Source: Phoronis australis
Taxonomy: Eukaryota; Animalia; Phoronida
DNA: 64,000 nucleotides
NCBI GenBank assembly: GCA_002633005.1
Contig: NMRA01000414.1
Coordinates: forward strand, 310,001 to 374,000
Direction: 5' to 3'
This document shows, piece by piece, positions 1 through 11,300 of this stretch. Position 1 is the first letter of the stretch. Each line of letters starts with the position of its first letter. The notes below the pieces were generated by a model that worked only from the letters and a program-made list of their open reading frames with translations, did not search any database and was not told the origin of the DNA. The position numbers and the translations under genes were made by a program.

Positions 1-37
1 AATCAATCGTCGGGACAACTAAAAAACGACAACTGGG

Positions 38-670
38 TCACTCTAAACTGCTGCCAGGCAAACTGCTATCGAGAGAGTCTTCACGTAAGTAACGAGTCCG
101 CGGAATATCGATACCAACTGCATTTAGCACAACGTGCACATGGGATGTTTCGTCTTCACTAGAGATACTAGCCTCGTCTTCATGAGGTTCCTCTATTTCT
201 TCTATGGCTTCCATGACTATATTGCTATACAAAGACGAGTTAGTACGCGTCCTTTGGCGTTTAGCTATGTAGATGTCGGTTGCCGTCGGTAATGTGTGCT
301 TAGTGTTTGGACTCCCGGATGGACTGGTCTTTGGGCTGCCTTTTGGACTATTCTTTGGACTAGAACTTAAGCTGATCTTGTTCTCTTTACGTTTGTGGAA
401 TAAACTGATCAAGTTGGAGAAGAAAGATTTGTCTTTGCAGGCTTCCTTCTGCTGCAAATCGGGTTCACTGATAAAACCAGGTGTGGCATCACGGGGCATC
501 CGTTCTGTCAACACTGGCAAGGAGCGTATTGTGTTCCTACTGTTTTTGTCCATGGTGACCTTGTTCGGCGCACTTTTATGCCTCAATCTTTCCTTATCCC
601 TCTTTTCCTTCTTCTGCTTTGCTGTGGGAACAAAGGGCATGTGCCCACCTACGGCATTTGGGAACATCAT
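38..670 (-). CDS. Uncharacterised ~210-aa low-complexity, probably disordered protein (single coding exon)
   Basis: Longest ORF in the window (38..760). A splice acceptor (gtattttcag|G) opens an exon at 710 and the first ATG after it is at 670 (MMFPNAVGG...). Candidate upstream non-coding exon donor (TTG|gtaagt) at 2576. No recognisable domain. Confidence 0.65.
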   Translation of the reverse strand: MMFPNAVGGHMPFVPTAKQKKEKRDKERLRHKSAPNKVTMDKNSRNTIRSLPVLTERMPRDATPGFISEPDLQQKEACKDKSFFSNLISLFHKRKENKISLSSSPKNSPKGSPKTSPSGSPNTKHTLPTATDIYIAKRQRTRTNSSLYSNIVMEAIEEIEEPHEDEASISSEDETSHVHVVLNAVGIDIPRTRYLREDSLDSSLPGSSLE

Positions 671-3240
671 TTTCACTTGATTTTCGTTTCTGTCCAATAA
701 AATTCCGTTCCTGAAAATACGAGAAAAACAATCCACGTAAACGTCATAAACTTCAATCAAATGAACTGTTTCAACGCACTGGAATTTCCTACAGACAGTT
801 GGCCTTCAACACAAATTTATATGCCACTGAACAAATTTATGAATTACCCGAAGCATAAATGACAGTATGCGTTCCACAGAAATAAGGAAACCACATAGTT
901 AGCCACATAAAATGTACAAATGCAATTATAACATGTTCATCAATCAAAACCTCATAATATTTGTACTAGTAATGAGCCAACCTATAGATTCACTTTCACG
1001 CTAACCCAGTTTCATCAGACCAGAACAGTCACTGGCCAGAAGGGCAACTGGGCACGATAAGCTATCAAAAACAAAAGTGTACACTAAATATCATGTGGTA
1101 CACACCAATGATATGACCTTCGCTCACTTACAAAACTTCAACTATTGACAACTCGTGACGTGTTAAAGATAAAAAAGTCTCAGCTAAGGTGTCTAGAATC
1201 CTTCTACTGAAGAAACTTTTGATTTAGACAACTTGTAATGATATGAAAGTGTTCTCCACTTGTAACATATTTAGAAGAGATGTAATTTTTGGTCTGCTGA
1301 AGACCATGGTTGATGAATGAAATGACACAAAATGACAGTCAACTTGCTTGCATACCATAATCTCAAAGTAATTAATGAGCTGTTAATTCTTTTCAATCCC
1401 AAAAATCACAAATATTTTGACCGAAGGAACAATTTGATACCTCCTCGATAACAGTACTTAGTCTACACCAAAAGTTGTGTTTCTCACAAAAGGCAGGTTT
1501 ATACAACAGCTTTTAAGCCAGGCTTACAAAACAAAATGTATTTCCACACATCTTAAATACAAATTCCAACAAATGAATTTGAACAAAAAGTTTAAAGACT
1601 ATGTGTGACTAAAGATCACAAATATCACAGTGAATATCATTAATCATGACTTATCATGGACAACCAGTCTCGTGATTAGAATGTTCTTAAATAATCTTGT
1701 CCATGACGTAAACCACAACAAAAACTTGGACTGATTGACTGCGATTATCTCACGTGCCAAGATACCATTTTGACTACGGATAATAGGTGCAGCCAGGTCG
1801 GGTCAAGTCGAGGCTTTGTGCGTTATTTTTAGACCTGACAAGCGGTCAACTTGAACCAAGCAAAAACCCAACTCGTGCCAAGTTAATGTTATAAACCTAC
1901 ATGTCTGATATCAACTAGAGACCACCCAATGTTTCTACTTTTAACACGGGAATCAATGAAAAGTGTACTGTCATAACCACGATAACAATTTTCCGATTTC
2001 CTCATGCAGATACTAAACCGTTTACAAAAGTACAACAGTTTACTCAAAATTTTCCGTTTAAGGGCACGTAATCCTTATCTTCCAAGATTAACCGTACCAG
2101 ACATCGCGCCTTGTAACGTAGGCTATAAAACCCGGTAAAAAACTGAAGATTTAGACCAATCACTGTGCACAGCACAAAGAATCGATATCTATCACGTGAA
2201 CTCTCAATGTCAACAGTCCGTCTCGTGGTCGAGTCGAAACTTGGCAGCCATTATTGCCCAGTCATTGTCACAACAGAAAATTCTCAAAATTGCCCAAAAA
2301 TGAAAAACTGAGAAAAATTGTAAGGTTAAGTACAACTAGCTAGTGTGGAAGGTATTTTAAGCCTGATATTTTACATTTTATAAAACATTTCCATTCAAGA
2401 TCTTACGACAAAACATTGCCCAAACACAAGGGCGGGAACAGTTGGTAACGAATTACTACAATTTACTACGTGGTGGAAATAAGCTCATTTAAGAACGAGT
2501 ATGGCTTGGCTATATTCTAAGTTCAACTGTTGACATCATGAAGAAAATACAACAACTATAAGGGGTGTAACTTACCAATTACTCGAGAAATAGTCTTCCT
2601 TGACAACTCTTTTCCTGATGTCTCCGATTTACTGGCACGTTCCCAACAACTACGTATGTTTTAAAATACTAATGTGTCTGTGTCTGAGACAGTCTATTTT
2701 GAATAGGTGTACCGAATTTGAAACGATTGTGAAAGTATGTTGTGTATTCATTTTTATATCTGTGAAGACCAATGTTTAAAAGGAAATTTCAGTTCTGATT
2801 TACAAAAAACGTCTTATCTGATAATTACATTATTTCGTTATTAAATATATTATTCGTCGACATGGGATAACTCCCTATAAAAAAAATGGCTTCGTCCACA
2901 ATTTCTGAATCGAGTTCGAGTCTTGTTTTCATATGATAATGAGCTGTTTATCAATGGAATGCCGCCAAAAGACAGACAAAAGTAATCGACACAACGTAGC
3001 AGCGCAACCTAGTGCCTTTCATAAAAATTATTTGGACCTATTCTCCGGGATTCGAGCGATCTTTCGAGACAAATAGGTAAGCTTTGACCGAACCCCACAA
3101 TATAAAAAACAGTGTCACACACGATGGTTCCAATTTTTTTAGAATCTTACCCTAAACAAGGATTCTGTGATATTTTTGTACCTTTTTATTTGAAAAAAAC
3201 AAACACTTTCAAGGCAGACGCCGTTGTTCATGTCTTCAAA

Positions 3241-4784
3241 TACATGTTTTTTATTACGGTTAAAAAATCAGGTGTTCATGATAAAAAGAACAGTGATATA
3301 TACGTAAATCATCAAGTCAAATAAGAAACAACCATTGATTGAATAACACAAACTTTATTGCAAACAAAGAAACTCATTTCATTTTTTCTTCGTTCGGTAC
3401 AACTTTGTGAACCTTCTCAATTTCTAAGCTTTTGATTGGCTAAAGAGGCAGCATACATGGGTACCTCTTCCTAAACTGAATAGATTAGGGCAGCGTAAAA
3501 TCAAATTTTTGCTAAAAACGTGCAGTTTAAAATTTGGGGACTTTCGAACATGTTTGAACTTACATNGAAAGCTGGGGGCACTTTTCAATGAGCAGGGAAC
3601 ACAAAAGTGAAGTCAGTTTTGACTGAGGGGCAGCATTTTAAGAAGCAATGAATGTATTGAATAGGGGCATAGCGCCGTTGGGCTACCAGGAGAGAACATT
3701 AATGAATATATTAAACAGGGCCGGGCCGGCACCGATGCCGGACCTTCAGAAGCTGCGCTAGTATAATTGGCCACAAATGAAAGAGAATTCTAGCTTGTTT
3801 CGTCTTTCGTAAATTTCGCCTTTTTGGCAATGCGGTGGTTCAGTCTATTTGAGAATGAGAAGGTCACCAAAGTGAACTTGCTACCAGGCAGGTGATTCAG
3901 GCTATTACTGGACACTGCAACCTTGCTCGGCACCGTAACATCACAGGCCACATGTTTTTTTCATATTGACCCAAGTGTGGCTTGGAGGCCGAGACTCCTC
4001 AACGTCTGGTAGAGATTTTCTTACTAATAGTATAATGGGTCCGACCTTGCGTCGTAAGCACGCCTGTTGTAACCCAAAAGGGATCACTAGGCCACTTGCA
4101 CTCTTTTTTACGCGAACTTTAAATTTCGAATAAACGCCATTGTTGAATAGCCGCCAAACACCAATCGCTTCTCAGGAGTAGATGTTCTTGTTTAAAAAAA
4201 CACGAACAAAATATGGTCAGAATACATGTTTATTAGCGAACGTGAAAGTGTTGCTACAGGACATTTAAAGAGGACTAACAAAAAACTCGGTATACAAAAA
4301 CTTGGAGTGACACGCAAATTATAACGGAACCTGATTGAACCGAGCAGGGATGTCATCGGATAGATAGCACATGGGCCGTGCCCTGGAATTTTGAGCCGCG
4401 GGAATTTCAAGTTGTGGAATGGATTAGAATATGATTGATCATGATGATGAAATTGCGTGTACATGTTTTTTATTACGGTTAAAAAATCAGGTGTTCATAA
4501 TAAAAAGAACAGTGATATATACGTAAATCATCAAGTCAAATAAGAAACAACCATTGATTGAATAACACAAACTTTATTGCAAACAAAGAAACTCATTTCA
4601 TTTTTTCTTCGTTCGGTACAACTTTGTGAACCTTCTCAATTTCTAAGCTTTTGATTGGCTAAAGAGGCAGCATACATGGGTACCTCTTCCTAAACTGAAT
4701 AGATTAGGGCAGCGTAAAATCAAATTTTTGCTAAAAACGTGCAGTTTAAAATTTGGGGACTTTCGAGCATGTTTGAACTTACAT
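3241..4784 (+). repeat. 325-bp near-identical direct repeat (3241-3565 and 4460-4784)
   Basis: The copies differ at only about 2 positions. The first ends exactly at the N at 3566, so this is probably a haplotype or contig-overlap artefact. Confidence 0.85.
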
Positions 4785-5394
4785 CTCGTCACAAATGAAG
4801 TTGCTCCCCTGTAGTGGAAGTCGACAACATTTCGTGAGGCAGCTCAAAATAGTGATGCAAAGAAACAATTTGCTAGAAATGGAAGGTGAAGAAATGACGC
4901 CCAGTTGACGGTGCACTTCGCTGTGTTGAACTGGCTAAATACGAAAACTGAAGTGCGCCTTTCGCGCTCACAAAATCAGTCTCATACCGTGATAGGGTTC
5001 CATTTTCCTTACCGACAAGAACATCGAAAGCATCGTTACTTAACTAAAGAGAATGCTTCAGAGTTAAGAATTTGAATATAGGGCATATGCGCGTAGTCGG
5101 GATTTAGCTGTTGACGGAAATATAGATTGATTTATGAGAGTGAAAGGCCAAATTCCATTTCCGGTTTTAGACAGCTAAACAGGACGAAATACACCTTTAA
5201 CAAAAACAGAAATGATCACCCGTAGTTGCCTTTGAAGCCTGACGTTACAAGATAACGTCATGCTTTTTCGTGGAGATAATCTTGCCGAATCTAAGTGCCA
5301 GTTTTGGCTCACTACGAAGGAATTGAATGATTGCCTTTCCAGTATTTGCTTTGACCGTCCGAAAGTTGCGTAGTCTTTTAGTTATTCAACATTT

Positions 5395-8300
5395 TTACCA
5401 TGGGGTCCAAGTCATTTCATTATGCTTTTCATGTAGATGATGGATATGGTCAAAATATTCACTGCTGCCAACTGTGGGTGCGTTGTACACGTCTGAAGAC
5501 AATGTGAAGTCCTTGTTTGTATACCAGTTATACATCCACCGCAACTGATCCCAAAACATCAAACTAATGACCGTATGGGGAAACATTCGGAAAAGATTAG
5601 CAGAAACGCCCTTATAAAAGGCAAAGGGTCCTTCCGAGTGGACGATTTTCAATATGCAGTCTAGAAACCCCTTGTAATACAACCCCTTGCCACTTGGGCT
5701 TGTTCCTTGGTTGTACAGGCGAGTGGCGATGACATCAAATGGTTGAATGACCACAACCATGCATCCGCCGCACAGGATGCTCCCATAGAGTGAGTTCATG
5801 AAAGTGCCACTTTCTGCGATCTAAAATCATAAATGATAATTATTGGCTGAAAGAAGATTGACCTTAGACCGTTTGTGAATATTCTATGGTAAATTTGAGT
5901 TATGATGAATTAACTAACATCAGTGGCTCCTCCTGGAGGATTAGGCATAAATCAGTATTTCCAAGTAGCAAACTTTTTTTTTATTATTATTTTTTTTAAT
6001 ACGTTTATTTACCCAAAAAGCATATCATTAATGAATAGTAGATACGGCTGGGGTTGGGTAGCCCCAACTACGTATCTTTACAACTTACTAGAGCATAATA
6101 CATCATCTTAATTAAACAAATAAGTATCTGGAAATTACTCCTAATGATTGGGCGAATAATTAGCCGAGAATAATATGAAAGGGGGGGGGGGAAACGGGAA
6201 AGGGAAGGACTTTCATACACTCATTCACACTCACATTCACACGATTTAATTAACTTAACTTATGTTTACATTTACGTAGGTGCATATTTATGAAAAGGTC
6301 AATTTTCTTATAATACAACAGAAGTGGTTAAAAAAATAACACCATATATTGTTNAATTCGAGTTATGATGAATAAACTAACATCAGTGGCTTCTCCTGAT
6401 ATAGACCACCTGCCCCCGAAATTGTCCTCTTCTCACATAAGAAGTGGTTCGTGTGTTTGTAAAGAACAAGTAACAAATCGCCATTTCCTAAGACCATGTT
6501 CGGCACGTTACTTGATGGGCCGTAACAAACCAATTTTAACTAGTAGTCCAAGCCCGGTCTCAAGCAATAACAATTTCTAGAACGATGGTGGACCTTTGAT
6601 ATTTTGCAATCGTCGACACTGTATACTTAGAGTTTTCGGTTAGCAATGGACGCAGCTTAATTAGGGGAAAGGAAATCTGTAAACAACAATGACTTTCACC
6701 TCTATGTTCCTGAGAAGAGTCGGAATTCGTAATACCAGAAATGAAGATGCCGTTGCTCACAAAGAACGGGACACAAATTCGGATGAAATGTGGTCCAGAA
6801 AGAAAACGTTCACACGTTACACCCCGGCCAACCCGCGATCGAGAACGCCCGGAAGGCGATCGAGAACGAGACCATATTCCAAAAATGGCGGTGAGTTTAA
6901 GTGTAATTTTCTTCTTAAATAGAGGCTACTTTGGTACCAATGCGACACACCGAAAAGCACCAGAGCTTAGCATTTGTTGTGGATCTGAAATAATACTTGG
7001 CCTTTGCTATTTTTTTTTTTAAAGAGAGACCGCAGAATCCAATGACTTTCGGTAAAATGCCTTGCGTCTAGTAAATTCGTCAATTTCTACTTGGTATTAG
7101 AAATTCTTGGATTCTTCAGTGGAGACTTCTGACGTTTATAGTTAAATCGTCCCTAGTGACACCTTTGTTAGTTTTAATTTGTGAAACAAGTTGAGATATC
7201 TACCGATACAAGCGGGTCCTTGTGTGAGACGGCGATCGGGAACGAAGCTGTTTATTCTCCATCGCGATCGTGAACGGAAAAAATGCGATCGTGAACGCAT
7301 ACTTTTTCTCTGCATTTTGCTGAATAATCGTTCAAGTGTGACGGGAGCGCCGTCTATTGGTAGAGCCGTGAGTGAGGACGAGTCGTCAGTTTAGTTTTAG
7401 AAGCTAGAGTGTGTTATTATATTTTAAAGGGGTGTAAGATGGTCAATTCCTTATATGGAACTTCCGATGACGAAATTTTTAGTTCTATTCTGATTGGTTT
7501 TCACATTTATCTTGAGACCCCTATTTTAGCGTAATTTGGAACATTCGCGGTGCGAATACGCCTATAAAAATGGGCCCCTCTCGCTAAAACTTCGGATTTT
7601 GCCGNCAACGCTGCGAATATTTTTATCGGCTACGAACAGTCGACATTTTAGAAACTAAATAGATCGGTGCTGGTCGCTCCACCGATTCCCGTTACACAAG
7701 TTACGGTGTTACATCAATAATTTTAGAATAATACGACCATGAATTAGTTGAAGGGTCGATTGTTTGTTATACTTTCACCGTTTTTCATGATTTTTGTGTG
7801 ATATTTAGCCTCACAAATATTAAATGCGTTTGATTTTTCAGTTGAACCGTAACCACACACGACGAGTCCTTCAGAGTGTTAACGTACACGCCGTCAAAAG
7901 AGTGTAGCACAACTGACAAAGGGCTGTGTATACATATATGTTGTGGAGCTTCGTTCAGGAAGAAACATTTTTTGTATAATCACATGAGAATAAAACACAG
8001 TGACACTCAGCCCCTTGGTTGACGTGTTGCATGGGGCAAGATTTTTTACCCAGATAAGCAAACACAATATGAAGTATAGTGCTCGGGAACCAAGTTGATT
8101 CAGTGCCCTGTCTGCGATCAATGTTTCACGGAAAGAGTAAGCCTGAGGACACTCCTTGTTGTTGTGAATGTGTCATGCAAAGAGTATGCCTACTTCTACA
8201 GGCATGAGAATCAGAATCGCACTGAATAAAATCATTCAGTCCAATAGTGAAAGTTATTAAATCACTAAACTTTATTCAAATTTACAGAGTTTATGGTTTG

Positions 8301-11300
8301 TAGTTGTCTGATGTGATAGTATTTTGACGTTTTGTTTTGAACCTTTTTCCTATTTGTGTTATTTCAACAGCATCTTTAACAGAACCAGTGCATTTTTGTA
8401 GTGTTTAGGTAGATTTAAATGGCCACACTATGTGTCATTGGGTGATACTTACATACAATTATTATGACCAATTAGTATTTTAAAAGAAAACTATATGTCT
8501 GCCATAATTGTAGAAATTGCTTTCATATTGTTGTTGATTCCCTGTGAGAGAATTTTATAATATGAACCTGTCCGAAATAGATTGTCTGTGATTCAGTGAT
8601 GATTTAGTCTAATACATTCCAAAAATAATTCGCAGGAAATGTACACTGGATTTGTATTGTTGATTTCTCTAAAGCACTATTTTATATCTTTTTTCTGTAT
8701 GATCAATTTTGAGGTATGTGTGATAAAAGATTAATAATATTATAGAATTGCTTTAATATTGTTGTTGATTTCCTATGTAATCGCTACATTGTGTCTTGAA
8801 GTGATATTAAAGACAACATTTTAACTACGCTTTGAGAAAATAACATTATAGTAGGTGTATTATATCTCGCCTCACTCTTTTCTCAATGTCACATTAAACT
8901 GGAGATCATGAACTGAAGATGCACTCAGGACCAAGACTACAAAACAGGAAGGAGAATCAAACAAAAGGTACTATATGTTGTATATCCAAGCCACTCTTGT
9001 GCCACAAGTCAATCTGTTCATCTCTGTATCGATAATATCAGTTAAACATAAAAAATACCACACGTTTTATCAGCAACACCACTTCTGGCAATTTTTTAAA
9101 TCCTAGACGTTCATGACCGGTAATCTTTGAATCACCTCACGAATGGTGTTGCCGCACTCTTCTCGCTCCCCACGGGCACGCTCATCATCATTCTTTGACT
9201 TCATTGGCGTATTTGTTTTTTTTTTCTTTTGTTGTCACAATCTTTCAAGAAGATTCCACACTTGCTTTCATCTGCATCAACAATTTGTTTACTCCTGGCT
9301 TACACGCCGCACGGAACAATTGCTGGGTGAGTCTTAGTTTAGAACCCCTTGTTCCCCTTGGTTTCTTCGAAAAGTATACGTCTGTATTTCAAAATCCTAG
9401 TAGGGTGTACTTCCACGCCCTGATTGACCTGTTCGTTGAAGCTCGCCTCACAATAATGACAATGAACTTGTTTCCTGAAATGAAAATAAATTCATTTGTG
9501 AAAATATCTATAACTAAATTAGTGCTTGATGTACATGTAGTCGCTCATTGTGATTTAATGGTAATGCTATGATGGTATTGTTTAGTTTTGATACGAAAGT
9601 AACAGAGTAATGGCGCAAAATGGGATCAATTCATTGCTTCATACTTATTTCGTAACCCTTTTCACGTTTTATAAGTTAAAAGATCATAACTGTTCGGCAC
9701 ACCACGGTGCGTTCTCGATCGCATAAACAAACAAAAATTCCGATCGCTTATCTTTGCGTTCTCGATAGCATCTTTCAACAGAAAAGTGTCGAAAAACCAG
9801 AGATCCTGACAAAACTACGAAAAACAAGCGTTGTATTATATTTTCACAAGTCATTTCTTCATAATTTCATGGTCAGTTTATTGATTTAGTGCCAAAAATA
9901 GCCGCAATCTGCCAAAATGACATACAAATCACCTTTGACTCAAGCGATGCCTCGTTCAACGTTACTTTTCTCCAATAATTGGCATAGACACTAACCTAAA
10001 CCTCTACCTGTCCTTCCTCAATGTGTTACGCCTAGAACCCATGTCTCTGTTTTCACATTGGAAGTAAAAACAACGTAAATTCATCAAATTGACTCACCTT
10101 GCCCGGCTTCGCTTCTCGCACAAATTTCGTTCTCGATCGTCTTCCGGTCGTTCTCGATCGCGGGTTGGCCGGGGTGACGTTACCTCCTGCCATATTTCCA
10201 AATCGAGTGATTACATACTCGGGCGTAAATAATTAGAAGCAGAATTTCTTGACAAAATATTTTATCTGGTTGTAGTTTTGCGTATCGCTTAAGTTTCTTT
10301 ACATGCACATCAATGGAAGGTTCAATACTCCTAAGGTTCACTATTCTGAAGGTTTTCAACTTCGAATGTTCACTACTTCGAAAGTTCACTACTCCGAAGG
10401 TTCACTACTCCGAAAATATATAAAATTTCGGACTCAGGTGTATTGTTATAATTTTAAATCCAAAAATAAGCGATTCTTCGGTTATCAAATGCACTGAGTT
10501 GTGTACCTATTCCGAAAGCAACGCCCAGGTGCTGAAACACTTTGTTTTGGATTTCGTTTGCATTAGAAATTGCCCACATGTCTTACAGATATGAAAAAAT
10601 GAGTACGTACTTGCATTTTTAAAAGGATATGAAGTAGGAATATTGATGAATTACCAATCACGATACATTCATCAAATCCATGTCAAGATCGCATCATTTC
10701 ATTGAGCGACTGAGTTACAGGGCCGCTGCGCCTCAACCTCACCCACCGGAACCACGCGCACGGCCGGTTCAAAACTATAATATGCAGTTAAAAGGCTACC
10801 ATGTCCCTGTCAGTCTTCGTGAAGTCCCATCCAGTCTTCTTTAAATTTAAAACCGTCTTTGAAAGCCGCGGCCTTGACCCTGAGTCCTTAGTTAGATTCA
10901 AGAATCACGATTGGCAATGACTGGAACTGAGGTCATACGTAAATATATTTGTAATCAATATTTTAAGAACTATTCAACCCTTGCACCCACTTAAAATAGT
11001 TACTAAATGGATACAAAGGAAATACGGTACTTAGGTCAGTTCCGGGTTATTAGCTTACAATTAGGGTAATGAACTGTCGGAGTTCTGGTTTCGGAATTGT
11101 GGACATTGAAAGTTTTAGTGAACTTTCAAAGACAGCGAACCTTCGGAGTAGTGCACCTTCAGAATAGCAACATGTAACCTTGGAAATCCCTTTCATTAAG
11201 TTTGTTGCTTTATGAAGTCTGCGAGGTTGTGCGACATGACTGATTGACAAGAGAAGACTTTCTTCATTGACCAACGTTTTTATTAGGTCTAGATCTACTT

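Larger units (their letters stand above)
6820..10176. mobile_element. Non-autonomous TIR element, 3357 bp, 50-bp TIRs starting CAC, 6-bp flanking duplication ACGTTA
   Basis: TIR CACCCCGGCCAACCCGCGATCGAGAACG(C/A)CCGGAAG(G/A)CGATCGAGAACGA at 6820-6869 and inverted at 10127-10176 (2 mismatches). ACGTTA at 6814-6819 and 10177-10182. Subterminal GCGATCGNGAACG motifs near 7232, 7264, 7285 and inverted near 9710, 9757. Confidence 0.9.

Noticed and set aside
273-680. Hydrophobic 135-aa plus-strand ORF
   Set aside because: It is the antisense shadow of the Lys/Ser/Pro-rich minus-strand ORF.
3241-4784. 325-bp direct repeats read as LTRs of a TRIM or retrozyme
   Set aside because: No TSD, PBS, PPT or hammerhead, and the first copy ends exactly at an N gap, so an assembly overlap is more likely.
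5896-6397. ~40-bp duplication around a poly-T/G-run segment read as a long retroposon TSD
   Set aside because: The second copy begins right after the N at 6354, and the copies do not abut the poly-T.
6820-10176. ProtoRAG/Transib assignment for the CAC element
   Set aside because: The duplication is 6 bp rather than 5, there is no RSS-like heptamer/nonamer, and no RAG1/RAG2-like peptide is seen.
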